From Hormiphora californensis (taxonomy: Eukaryota > Animalia > Ctenophora), in contig CM035357.1 of NCBI GenBank assembly GCA_020137815.1, positions 8,216,345 through 8,280,344 on the forward strand: a stretch of DNA of 64,000 nucleotides, given 5' to 3'. Position 1 is the stretch's first letter. Each line of letters starts with the position of its first letter. The translations under genes and the position numbers were made by a program. The notes below the pieces were generated by a model, which was not told the DNA's origin, made no database searches, and saw only the letters and a program-made list of their open reading frames with translations. This document shows positions 27,101 to 39,238 of the stretch, one piece after another.

Positions 27101-27349
27101 CAGACATATTTTGACATATTTGGAGGCCCTGAGACCAGCGGGTGGCAAAATTTAATCCGGTTTCGGGTCGGCTGACGTAAAAACTCCGCGTTTTGGTCGA
27201 GGTAAACCATAACCATAAACCATAGATATTTTTAGAGTGAAAGTTTTGAAGCCCCCTGAAGTAGTAGAGAGGTGTTCTATGGTTCGTTGGAAAGGTCTCG
27301 AGGTCCCGCGACGTATAGGGGGTGTGGCGATGACCATACCCAAACCTAT

Positions 27350-27484
27350 TAAGGTGAAAGCGAAACAACAACGAACTGGCTGCGCGTCGCGCATTCGTTG
27401 CGCATAACGATCTCACCGGAGAGATTCACATGTGCAACGTTGCGGGACGCGCAGCCAGTTCGTTGTTGTTTCGCTTACACTTTA
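27350..27484. mobile_element. ~135-bp hairpin MITE inserted in one array unit
   Basis: aagcgaaacaacaacgaactggctgcgcgtc is present inverted. Absent from the other units, whose empty site is acctataagggg. Confidence 0.85.
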
Positions 27485-29259
27485 TAAGGGGTAGGACGCG
27501 AAAAACAGTCAAAATAAGGGGTATACAGAACTCGGCAATTGGAAGGAGTAGAAAGGTGTTCTAGGGTGCGTTCGAAAGCTCTCGAGGTGCAGAAGTAATT
27601 GGAATGTAATTGGAAGTAATTACATGTAATTAAAGCGTAATTACATGTAATTAAAGGGTAATTACATGTAATTAAAAGGTCTGCATGATCCCAAATGACA
27701 ATTCAGACATATTTTGACATATTTGGAGGCCCTGAGACCAGCGGGTGGCCAAATTTAATCCGGTTTCGGGTCGGCTGACGTAAAAACGCCGCATTTTGGT
27801 CGAGGTATTATATAAACCATATTATCAAATAAATTCGGGGCCTGGCAAGGCCCCCCGACCCGAATATAACCCAAACTCAACACATCCCCCCTAAAACATC
27901 CCCCTACAACTAAAACAACGGGGCCGAGCCGACAGGCCCTTAATACCAGATGAAAAAAAAACCATAACCATTCGGGGCCTGGCAAGGCCCCCCGACCCGA
28001 ATACAACCCAAACTCAACCCATCCCCCCTAAAACATCCCCCCTAAAACTAAAACAACGGGGCCGAGCCGACAGGCCCTTAATACCAGATGAAAAAAAAAC
28101 CATAAACCATAAACCATAAAACCATAACCATAGATATTTTTAGAGTGAAAGTTTTGAAGCCCCCTGAAGTAGTAGAGAGGTGTTCTATGGCTCGTTGGAA
28201 AGGTCTCGAGATCCCGCGACGTATAGGGGGTGTGGCGATGGCCATACCCAAACCTATAAGGGGTAGGACGCGAAAAACAGTCAAAATAAGGGGTATACAG
28301 AACTCGGCAATTAGAAGGAGTAGAAAGGTGTTCTAGGGTGCATTCGAAAGCTCTCGAGGTGCTGAAGTAATTGGAATGTAATTGGAAGTAATTACATGTA
28401 ATTAAAATGTAATTACATGTAATTAAAGGGTAATTACATGTAATTAAAAGGTCTAAATGACCCCAAATGACAATTCAGACATATTTTGACATATTTGGAG
28501 GCCCTGAGACCAGCGGGTGGCCAAATTTAATCCGGTTTCGGGTCGGCTGACGTAAAAACTCCGCGTTTTGGTCGAGGTAACCATAAACCATAACCATAGA
28601 TATTTTTAGAGTGAAAGTTTTGAAGCCCGCTGAAGTAGTAGAGAGGTGTTCTATGGCTCGTTGGAAAGGTCTCGAGGTCCCGCGACGTATAGGGGGTGTG
28701 GCGATGGCCATACCCAAACCTATAAGGGGTAGGACGCGAAAAACAGTCAAAATAAGGGGTATACAGAACTCGGCAATTAGAAGGAGTAGAAAGGTGTTCT
28801 AGGGTGCGTTCAAAAGCTCTCGAGGTGCTGAAGTAATTGGAATGTAATTGGAAGTAATTACATGTAATTAAAATGTAATTACATGTAATTAAAGGGTAAT
28901 TACATGTAATTAAAAGGTCTAAATGACCCCAAATGACAATTCAGACATATTTTGACATATTTGGAGGCCCTGAGACCAGCGGGTGGCAAAATTTAATCCG
29001 GTTTCGGGTCGGCTGACGTAAAAACTCCGCGTTTTGGTCGAGGTAACCATAAAACCATAACCATAGATATTTTTAGAGTGAAAGTTTTGAAGCCCCCTGA
29101 AGTAGTAGAGAGGTGTTCTATGGCTCGTTGGAAAGGTCTCGAGGTCCCGCGACGTATAGGGGGTGTGGCGATGGCCATACCCAAACCTATAAGGGGTAGG
29201 ACGCGAAAAACAGTCAAAATAAGGGGTATACAGAACTCGGCAATTGGAAGGAGTAGAAA

Positions 29260-29692
29260 CAGGGCTGGCTCCAGGGGGGTGATGCGGGGGGTGCACACCC
29301 CCCCCCCCCCCAAAATTCTTGGCAGCTAAGCTGCCAAGACTGTCTGAGACCATTTGCATTGGGAAACCACCCCAAAAATACAAAATATTCAGTAAAATTT
29401 TTGACTGATCACAACCGAATTTAAATCACCTAGTGAACATCACTGAGTGAGAGAGAGAGAGAGCATTGTAGCATTCAAAAATCTAGAAAGTAGACGTCAC
29501 AAATGATTAAAAACCCTAAAATTTGCTTGATTTAGTTAAAAAAATCCCCCCCCCCCCCTGGGCGGAGCTCCCTACGCACGGAGCTCCCTGGGCGGAGCTC
29601 CCTACGCGCTCCGGTCGCAAATGCTACTATTAGGGAACAGGGGCATTCGGCCACTGCACCCCCCCAGAAATATCGGGCTGGAGCCAGCCCTG
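29260..29692 (+). mobile_element. hAT-type MITE, copy 1
   Basis: TIR CAGGGCTGGCTCCAG; 8-bp TSD AGTAGAAA; the empty site is visible in sister array units. Confidence 0.95.
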
Positions 29693-30032
29693 AGTAGAAA
29701 GGTATTCTAGGGTGCGTTCGAAAGCTCTCGAGGTGCTGAAGTAATTGAAATGTAATTGGAAGTAATTACATGTAATTAAAATGTAATTACATGTAATTAA
29801 AGGGTAATTACATGTAATTAAAAGGTCTAAATGACCCCAAATGACAATTCAGACATATTTTGACATATTTGGAGGCCCTGAGACCAGCGGGTGGCAAAAT
29901 TTAATCCGGTTTCGGGTCGGCTGACGTAAATATATACATATAGTATTATTTCCCAACCTTATAGCTGGACCTCATTTTGCATCGGTTTACCCTAGAGAAC
30001 CCGTTGACCCGAATCCCCACGCTCTCACTCAC

Positions 30033-30466
30033 GGTAGGCGGACTCTAGTGCTAACGGACTCTTTATCTAAATTCAAGGCGGACTCAATATCTAAAAGCGG
30101 ACTCTTTATCTACAGTTATACTTTGAAAAAGATAAAGAGTCCGCCCAATGTAGACTTTTTAGACATAGAGTCCGCTGGTATATTTTGGCGCCAAATCCTC
30201 CAACCCGGACTCTATGTCTAAAATCCTAAACCAACCCTAACCTCGGACCCAAATAATAGCCCTAACACTTCTAAATTAGTATAGAGGTACAGCAAACTCT
30301 CGTTTCCGGCCTAACGGCCCTTTTTAGATAAAGAGTCCGCTCTGTGTAGACTTTTTAGACATAGAGTCCTCCTAGAGTTTAGACTTATTTGGACTCTTTA
30401 TCTAAATCTAAATTTAGATATAGAGTCCACTGTAGACTTAGAGTGTAGTACTAGAGTCCGCCTACC
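30033..30466. mobile_element. Mutator-like MITE, copy 3 (inverted, internally deleted)
   Basis: 9-bp TSD CTCACTCAC; same TIR as the other copies. Confidence 0.9.
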
Positions 30467-31436
30467 CTCACTCACGCAGGAACACCCCTCTCACCCGCTG
30501 CACCAACCCGCACGTGCAGCCTTCGATTACCCGCTGGGTAGGGGCTATGGCAACCCCTTGACAACCCCCTCTCTGTTTGCACGTGTGGATACGACATATT
30601 CATCACGCCACGCATTTCTATCACTGCACTGGCAAGTGCCCCGGGGCCCATCCACCCCCCCCCCCTTTCCAAGAAAGAAAGAAAAATGCGAGGGGCCGTC
30701 AGGCCCCGAAGCTAGAGAGAGAGAATGAGTGTGTTTGAAGTAGGTACACTAGGGGAAAGAAGCCTCTAAAGTGCACACTCTCCCTTTCACTTCTACAGTG
30801 CAGTACATACGGACGAGACCGGATTTCAGGATCAAATTACACAAGCATGCAGTTGAACTAGAGTTATGAAACTTGGTATCCAGCTTTCCTTTTACTATCA
30901 CTGCTGGAATCCAAGTTTATAGACTGATTGAAGCTAAGATGCTGAAACGGTAGGGGTGTCAAATTCGGGTATAAAAGTGTCGTCTATATATAGATAGATA
31001 GATATATATACCACCAAAATCCCGGGAGCTTAGCTCTTGAAAACGGTTAAAGCTATCAAGTTGAAATTTTGTGGAGTCATAGTCCTCGATAGGGTGCGTG
31101 TAATAGGATATTTTTTGTTTCATACAACCTTAATTAAGACCTAATTATGCCCTAATTAAGTATGCATTTCCCACCTATCTCCAGACTGGGTGGTCGGAGA
31201 GACTTCTTTTATAGCTTATCCGAACCGGAAACGTCGATTTATGGGGGGTCGTTCCCCGAACAAAAAGTCGTATCTCGCACCCTTCTTAAGTAATGCACAT
31301 ATTTATGATTTAATACAATCATTCGCTGTATGGCTAATACTAGAAACTTTGAATTGGTGTTTGACGTAAAAAGATCGAAGTACATATATGCAGCAGATTT
31401 ACCAAAAAAGAGAAACATCATACCAAAAAGAAGAGA

Positions 31437-31646
31437 AACTAGTACCAAAAACCAATCAAATTGGTTTGGATGACCCGGGGCCCAAAGGCGTCGGGATGCA
31501 AAATGTTGGTAGGATAAAACATTACTTTTGTAGGAAAATCTAAAAATGCGTCAAGAAAACACTATTGTAGCTGGTGAAGGTCGCATCCCGACGCCTTTGG
31601 GCCCCGGGTCATCCAAACCAATTTGATTGGTTTTTGGTACTAGTTT
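31437..31646. repeat. ~63-bp perfect inverted repeat pair (small MITE-like)
   Basis: aaactagtaccaaaaaccaatc...gtcgggatgc and its exact inverse. Confidence 0.8.
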
Positions 31647-31737
31647 TACAATACTAGAGGAAATTCCCGCCCTACGGACGGGATTGGATACATGGGATGT
31701 GATGCCTTGTTCTTGACTGCCTTGTATTAGTAGAGTC

Positions 31738-32995
31738 GGCAGGTCGGTAGAACTTCGACAGAATTTAGGGCAGGTCAATTTAGGGCAGGTCTGAATTTAG
31801 GGCAGGTCTGAATTTAGAGCAGGTCTGAATTTAGGGCAGGTCAATTTAGGGCAGGTCTGAATTTAGGGCAGGTCTGAATTTAGGGCAGGTCTGAATTTAG
31901 GGCAGGTCAATTTAGGGCAGGTCTGAATACTAAGCATGTGAATGTGATTCGGGGAAGCTTATTAGCGGTGTGATACGAGATATGGAACATGATTCGGGGA
32001 AGCCAATCAGGAGTGTTAGACGATATGAGACACGATTCGGTAAAGGTTTCTATTGCTTTCCATCCCTAGACCCTATCCCCCTCTCTGGAACATGATTCGG
32101 GGAAGCCAATCAGGAGTGTTAGACGATGGATATGGGATTTCCATCCCTATATACATATAAGCTATTGGTTATACCGGTGGTGTAGTGGCTAGTACACTCG
32201 CCTCTCACGCACTAGGTTCCGGGTTCGATCCTGGTCTAGCGCATGTCGACCAAGCTATGATTGGTAGGGGCTCTCTCTTCCTTTCTCTCACTTTCTCTTT
32301 CACTTTCTATGAAGGGAGGAAGAGAGACATGGAGAAAGAGAGATACCCGAGAGTCGAGATAGAAAGACTGTTGAGCTCCTCCGTGGAAATGGGTTTCGCC
32401 GCTTTCCCATCAGGTAGCTGGTAGATGTAGGCAACTCTCGGTCGTTTCGTTCAGGTCGATGATCTAGCTAGGGAAACCGGATCGGAAGTAGGTGGCGGTT
32501 GTGGAGCACTTGTGGTCAGGAGGTCAAGAAGATATCCTCCATGCATTTCGCATGGCTAAACATTGTCTTTTCTCTCTCGGTAAAAAGAGCCGCCTACATC
32601 TACAATTTCTACGTGCTTTTCCAGCAGTCAAAAAGTTAAGGGTATCTCTCTTTCTCCCTCAGAGAAAGTAAGAGAAATTGAAAGAGAGACGGAGCGAAAA
32701 GAGAGGGGGATAGGGTCTAGGGATGGAAAGTGATAGAAAATCACCGAATCGTGTCTCATATCGTCGAACACTCCTGATTGGCTTCCCCGAATCATGTTCC
32801 ATATCTCGTATCACACCGCTAATAAGCTTCCCCGAATCACATTCACATGCTTAGTATTCAGACCTGCCCTAAATTCAGACCTGCCCTAAATTGACCTGCC
32901 CTAAATTCAGAGCTGCCCTAAATTGACCTGCCCTAAATTCAGACCTGCCCTAAATTGACCTGCCCTAAATTCTGTCGAAGTTCTACCGACCTGCC
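31738..32995. mobile_element. Foldback element with tandem ~17-bp subrepeats in the TIRs (tctgaatttagggcagg), 8-bp TSD
   Basis: GGCAGGTCGG...CCGACCTGCC with TSD GTAGAGTC, inserted at the terminus of a GTAGAGTCG-family MITE. Confidence 0.9.
32172..32610 (+). mobile_element. tRNA-derived SINE-like sequence inside the foldback spacer
   Basis: A box GGTGTAGTGG and B box GGTTCGATCC with tRNA-like spacing (32172-32240), but no proper acceptor stem. The 3' boundary is approximate. Confidence 0.65.
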
Positions 32996-33552
32996 GTAGA
33001 GTCGATAACTACATCGACCCCTCCCAATTGTTCCAGTTTTTGTTACATTTGTTTGGAGCCTCGACACGACCTCTAAACAGGTGTTACTTTTTCACAAACT
33101 GTTTTCATCATGGTGTAATCAGCATTTGAAATGTTGCTGATCATAACAAAAACCGAACTCATTTTTTTATAACTTGGGGTAAAACCGTGGGTGTCAAAAG
33201 TTAGCTCTAGGTCTCCTGAGTAACCATCCGGAGACTCTAAGAGATATTTCAAGCCGTTCTCCTGTAATAATGAATGGCCGACACTAACAATTTTTTTGTT
33301 AGTGTTTTTTGTTAGTGACGTCACTAACAAAAAATTGTTAGTGTTTTCACTAACAAATTTCACTAACAAAATTTTTGTTAGTGTTTTCACTAACAAATTT
33401 CACTAACAAAAATATTTGTTAGTGTTTCTAATTGGGGTGATGGTTATGGGATACGATTCAGGGACGCCTTATTCCATGCACAGAAGCACAACAATGCAAG
33501 TTAGCAAATTAAAAATTCAAAGAATGTGTTAGTAAAACACAAGGATTGTTTC

Positions 33553-34494
33553 GGCAATTTCTCATTTGCCGCATACGGCGTCTAGACGGTGTCTAGAAGG
33601 TACCTTCCCGGTGTCTAGACAGTGTCTGGACGGTCTCTAGACGGTATCCGTTCAAAGTTGAGACGGCACGTCTGAAAATTGTACCAGACGTTGAGACGGA
33701 CTTTTACAAACCCGTCTGTATTTCAGACGATGTTCTAAAAGTACGTTTAAACGCAGTCTAAAGGAAAATCGATGAACGTACCGTCTAAACAACGTCTCAA
33801 CTGAAACCGGTCAACATACCGTCTAAACAACGTCTAAGCAGAATCTCGCGATTCAGTTTCAAATACCGTCTAGACAACTTCTCCAGCAATTTCGATACGA
33901 ATACCGTCTAAACAACGTCTAGACAACGTCTCAAATAACGATGTCTAGACTCTACCGTTTTCGAAGACCGTTCTGGATTACCCATGCCAGTTTGAATTAG
34001 TGTCTAGACGTTGTTTAGACGGTATTCATATCGAAATTGCTGGAGAAGTTGTCTAGACGGTATTTGAAACTGAATCGCGAGATTCTGCTTAGACGTTGTT
34101 TAGACGGTATGTTGACCGGTTTCAGTTGAGACGTTGTTTAGACGGTACGTTCATCGATTTTCCTTTAGACTGCGTTTAAACGTACTTTTAGAACTCCGTC
34201 TGAAATACAGACGGGTTTGTAAAAGTCCGTCTCAACGTCTGGTACAATTTTCAGACGTGCCGTCTCAACTTTGAACGGATACCGTCTGGAGACCGTCCAG
34301 ACACTGTCTAGACACCGGGACGGTACCGTCTAGAGACCATCTGATAACGTCGCAACACCGTTTGATACCGTCTATAACCCGTCTATAACCCGTCTGATAC
34401 CGTTTATAACCCGTTTCAAGCAATTTTGGTACCGTTTTTAGCTGATTTTATCAAAACCCGTCTAGACGCCGTATGCGGTAAATGAGAAATTGCC
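33553..34494. mobile_element. Deleted copy of the GGCAATTTC foldback family
   Basis: Same termini and tctagacg subrepeats as 41171-42616; no TSD visible. Confidence 0.85.
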
Positions 34495-34705
34495 ATGAGA
34501 AAACGTGCCAATGAAGTGGTTTATGAATTCTAACCCTGCTATGCCTTTTTACAAAGCAAAAAGGCAGGGAAAAAATATCTCCGTGATGGGTGGGTAGATT
34601 TTGAGCGGCAAAAACACAAAATGCTCAGAAAATGATTCTCTACTATGTACCTACAACAAACTTGTCCAATTCTGATTCGGTCCACTCTCACTTTAAATTT
34701 TTCAG

Positions 34706-34811
34706 TGAGGCCAAGTGATTTGGTTAATCTTCTAAAGGAGCAGACAAAAGCATGTACCATTTTCGGACTACTTGGCTGGGCATACCATGTACTCGAGGAT
34801 AGGAATTTCAA
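34706..34811 (+). CDS. LSM11: Probable LSm11-like coding exon C (spacer)
   Basis: Acceptor aatttttcag and consensus donor AA|gtgagt. Length 106 nt = 2+102+2, exactly bridging the phase-1 end of exon B and the phase-2 start of exon D. Open frame (V)RPSDLVNLLKEQTKACTIFGLLGWAYHVLEDRNF(K). No conserved motif, so support is splice signals and phase only. Confidence 0.65.
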
Positions 34812-35146
34812 GTGAGTTATCATATTTTGATCTCGCTGGATTATTAGTGGGAGACACTAGCGTGGTGTGCGCAAAAAAAAGAGCACTACACCAATTTTAA
34901 TTTTATTTAAACACGCTAAAAAGTTTAGGGAATGTACTATATTGATTTTTCAGGGGGGGCGGACCGTAATTGTTATGTGCGTGATGACGATTTTAGACTT
35001 TTCAACCGATTTTCAATTATTTTAGGCATTCAAAAGTCCGACTTGAGAGTAAAAATATTGGCACTTACATTCTCTACAAAATATGTCAATAAAATTTTCA
35101 ATTTCGGTAAATCCCAGGGGGGAATTAGGAATTGAGAAACTTATTA

Positions 35147-36052
35147 GTAGGGACGATAGTGTCAGTCGATGTCAGGGATCTTAAAATTTCCCTATTCAAG
35201 TGTTGGGGAAGCCTCTCCCGAGTAAAATGCGCCCAATTAGAGCTCCCAATCTTTTCTCGTTCTCTAATTATTCGTGATTATGCTAATTATGACGTCATCA
35301 GCAACTACCAGAAATCTACGTCTTAGGGCTTAAATTTTGATACTAGCTGATAGGGGACCACTAGATTAGTGGGCAAAAAAATTTTCAGGTCGATCGGAGT
35401 TATGGGCGTGGCGCTATGGCGTTTTAAAGTGTGTAAACCGGTGATGACGTCATCAAGGATTATCAAATTAGGTCAACGCGGGGGGTCGAGACCGGGTGCG
35501 TTTGATCGAGCCTGATAAGCTGATCAAAAATCTGTAGGGGTAGATCAATCCCCCAACTAGGAGCCGAGCTATTAGCGTTTTTCGTGTTTTAGGTCACGTG
35601 ACTTCGTCAAAAATCGATAAAATGCTAATAGCTCGGCTCCTAGTTGGGGGATTGATCTACCCCTACAGATTTTTGATCAGCTTATCAGGCTCGATCAAAC
35701 GCACCCGGTCTCGACCCCCCGCGTTGACCTAATTTGATAATCCTTGATGACGTCATCACCGGATTACACACTTTAAAACGCCATAGCGCCACGCCCATAA
35801 CTCCGATCGACCTGAAAATTTTTTGCCCACTAATCTAGTGGTCCCCTATCAGCTAGTATCAAAATTTAAGCCCTAAGACGTAGATTTCTGGTAGTTGCTG
35901 ATGACGTCATAATTAGCATAATCACGAATAATTAGAGAACGAGAAAAGATTGGGAGCTCTAATTGGGCGCATTTTACTCGGGAGAGGCTTCCCCAACACT
36001 TGAATAGGGAAATTTTAAGATCCCTGACATCGACTGACACTATCGTCCCTAC
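35147..36052. mobile_element. Foldback element, ~435-bp near-perfect arms, TA TSD
   Basis: TA|GTAGGGACGATAG...CTATCGTCCCTAC|TA. Mirror ORFs at 35132 (+) and 35873 (-). Confidence 0.92.
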
Positions 36053-36349
36053 TATATAGGTTGACAAGATACCTGTAGTGATGGGCTTAATTATTACCTA
36101 TTCACCTTATTCATATGTACCACCAGCTGTGCGTCTAGTTCTTCCTAGGCAGGACGGGAACTATCAACTCTAACCAAGGTCACACTCCCACAGAACTCTA
36201 AGGTCGTTTTCTATCCTATCCCGTCCGTTTTCTATCCTATCGCGTCCGATACTATCACGTGTCTAGTAATTCCATTCAGCGTGACAACGGCATTCGTTCT
36301 CCATGATAGCGCCACCAGACCTGTACTCCTCCAGTTGAGTATCAAGACA

Positions 36350-39160
36350 TGTTCTGATACACGTGTTGATGCGTTTGTTCATGGCCTCGTATAAACCGTT
36401 AGCTTGTGAATACCATGGTATACCATGTTTACTTTATATGTCAAACATTTTTAGCATAGATTGGAACAGTTTTGCAGTGAATGCTGATCCCAAATCATGC
36501 CCCAAAGATTTCATGACTCCAAGTCTTTGGATCCAATCTCTCACGATGATTCTAGCTGCTTCTTCTGCACCAGTTGATTTCACCGGTGTAGCAACTACAT
36601 AATTTGAATACTGATCTACCATGACCAGAATAGCTGTGTAACCCCTGCATTTGGAGTTTTTGATCTTTCTAAGAAATCAATTGCTACACACTGACCAAAC
36701 TCAGTGTAAACCATAGGTTTAAGTGGTGCTTTCTTGAAGCTATGTGGTTGCTTTGATTTAGCGCAAGTGATACATACATCACAATAAAGTTGGCATGTTT
36801 TTTTCTCATTTTGTAGAAATAATATTTTTGTTGAAAACTAGTCAGTGATAATTCTGGTCCAGAATGTCCATTTTTATCATGAAATGTGTACAAAATGTGT
36901 GGTAGCACTACAATTTCGTTGAATGTTCCCTCATAGACTTTTTCAATAGCCCGTTTTCAAATTATAGCTCATCTATTTGCTGCCAATTATTCTCAATTCG
37001 ACTGGTGTTTTGCTAGACAGTCTCTTTGGGATGTTACCGTGTTTGATCCAGTCAATAACAGTCGACAGTGTGTGTCGTATATAGGGTAAGCTGGGGTAAA
37101 AGTGGCCCACTTTTAACGTTTTAGGTTCTAAAATACGCAATTTATACAGCAGGAAGAAAAAAATTATATAGGCTATCCAATGAAACCTTTTCCTTTCAGC
37201 CGAGCTAAATTTTAATATCTACAAGTTTTATTTAATGGGTTAATTAATCAATTCAAATAGTTTGGTGAGGCGTTTTTTGGAAAATTTGCACCGGGGCAAA
37301 GTGGCCCAAGCCAATAGCATTGCTCGATTTTATCACGTGCCTGGTGTTGTTAGACGAAACGATCAAACTAGGGGCAAAGTGGCCCATGTTCTGCACCGGA
37401 ACATGGGCCACTTTGCCCCTAATTTGATCGTCTGTACTACATTTTTGTGCATTCCAATATCACGTGGTATTGCAGGCGCCATTTCATTGGTCCTAGAGGT
37501 GGGCCACTTTGCCCCAGACCGGACCACTTTGCCCCGGAGAGTGGGCCATATTCGCCCCCATTTCACAAAATTGACAATTAAGACAACAAAAATGCCAATT
37601 TCTTCAAAAAATTTTATACCACGTTTTAGAGGATTATAAAGCCTAACACGGCGTCATACACATTTCTATTTGGAATTTCTATCTGGAGTTTCTATTTGGA
37701 ATTTCTATCTGGAATAACCGCACGTGCAGATGCGCCGCGCCGCGGCTCAAATTCACGTGCGAGATTAAAGAGAGAGACACACATTAAGGTTATACGATTG
37801 TCTCTCACTCTCTCTGGAAAAACCGCACGTGCAGATGCGCCGCGCCGCGGCTCAAATTCACGTGCGTGTTATACAGATTCTGACAGAAAATACGAGCAAG
37901 AAATTCCAGGTGGAAATGTGTATGACGAACTGTAACTGGCAGTTTTTGCAAAATTAAAATCGGCCAACCCAAACAGAAATGACAGCAGTTTTAAAGCGAA
38001 AATTCGGAACAGAACGAGCAGGTCTCCGCTGGAGAAAAAGTCACGTGACCACATGTAATAACTAAGGCCACTTTGCCCCATACATGGGCCACTTTACCCC
38101 GCGGGCCATTTCACCCCAGCTTACCCTATTGATAGTCATCTCTAATTTCAGAAATTGTAACAGGTGATTCCCTGGCTAACACTTTGTTTATCTGTGCAAT
38201 TCCCTCAGGAATTAATTGTTCGTCAGTGGCAAATTTAACTGACTTAGTGTTTGAGTTTCCAGTTTGAGTTCCCATGGTTTTAGTTTTAGTAACTGGGTGT
38301 CTGCTCAAATAATCTGTCATGCTCATGTCAATAGAATTTCCAGCGATGTGTTGGATTTTGAAATTATATTGTTCTAGTTCAGCTAGCTTTCGGTGTATGT
38401 AGCTACTTTCATTTTTGAAAATGGTACGGAGATTTAGTAGGGCTTTACAGTCAGTTAGAACTGTGAATTGTTTGTTGCCCATCAGGTACATGCGATAATG
38501 TTTTAGAGCATGACACAGACCAAGAAATTCAAGTCGTGTTGCACCAAATTTTCTTTGGTGTGCAGGTACAGCTTTTGACCAGAACGAAATGGTTCTTCTC
38601 TCACCATTAATGTTTTGATTTAGTGTGGCCCCCGTGGCCCATGTTACTGGAATCTATGGCTTAGTTCATAGAATTGATCAGGGTGCCCGTTGTTCGGGAT
38701 GAACTAAGACAGGTGCCTGAGCTCAAACTATGCTTTTAACATTGTTGAATGCTCGTATAGCTTCATCAGACCAGATGAATTTCTCTGTCTTTATAAGTAG
38801 ATTATACAGAGGTGCAGCAATTTTGCTGTAGTGTTTGATAAAAGCTCGATTGTAGTTTATAGCTCCAAGGAATTTTTGTAGCTCTTTTACCGATTTTGGT
38901 TGTGGTAGTTGCTGAATTGCTTCAACTCTATTGGGGTCAATTTGTAGCCCATTTTTGTCAATTATGTGTCCGAGAAATTTTACTTTGTTTCGGAACAGTT
39001 GGGTTTTGGAGGGACTGATTTTGAGTCCACCGAATGAGAGTCTGGCTAGGACGAATTCCAGCCGTCTTAGGTGTTCTTCTATGGTGTTGCTGCCAATTAA
39101 CACATCATCTAGAAAGCAGATGAGTGCTTCAAAGGGTACTCTTTGGAACAATTGTGCCAT
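36350..39160 (-). mobile_element. Decayed Ty3/Gypsy pol (RT, RNase H, integrase), interrupted by a MITE
   Basis: CFLDDVLI, VKFLGH, LQKFLG..NY.R.FI (RT); FTVLTDCKAL, HIAG (RNase H); FHDKNGHSG, VDQYSNY, HDLGSAF (integrase). RT-RH-INT order. Confidence 0.92.
37084..38126. mobile_element. TA-flanked MITE (GGGTAAG..GGGGTAAA ends) with a secondary ~285-bp insertion (about 37647-37932)
   Basis: TIRs and ggggcaaagtggccc subrepeats. An uninterrupted inverted copy is at 61759-62511. Confidence 0.9.
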
Positions 39161-39238
39161 GTGTGGGGTATGTAAGAGATCCCTTTATTTTGTCCGATCG
39201 GGTCAGATGGGTTATGCAATGTGTGGGACAGGCGCAGT

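Larger units (their letters stand above)
24152..29930. repeat. Composite tandem array: 5x ~138-bp unit, 6x ~470-bp unit, 2x ~138-bp unit, 3x ~470-bp unit
   Basis: Long units begin agatatttttagagtg near 24866, 25333, 25807, 26283, 26757, 27225, 28132, 28598 and 29065. Short units begin ttcggggcctggcaagg. Junctions are (A)nCCAT runs. Confidence 0.95.

Noticed and set aside
24879-29329. Repeated 63-aa ORF MKVLKPPEVV... as a tandem gene family
   Set aside because: GTG start, no recognisable domain; it simply tracks the ~470-bp repeat unit.
24152-29930. CRISPR-like array
   Set aside because: The long parts are constant and the short linkers variable low-complexity; no unique spacers, no cas genes, eukaryotic context.
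32172-32245. Functional tRNA gene
   Set aside because: A and B boxes are present, but the acceptor stem is poor and there is no nearby oligo-T terminator; better explained as a SINE head.
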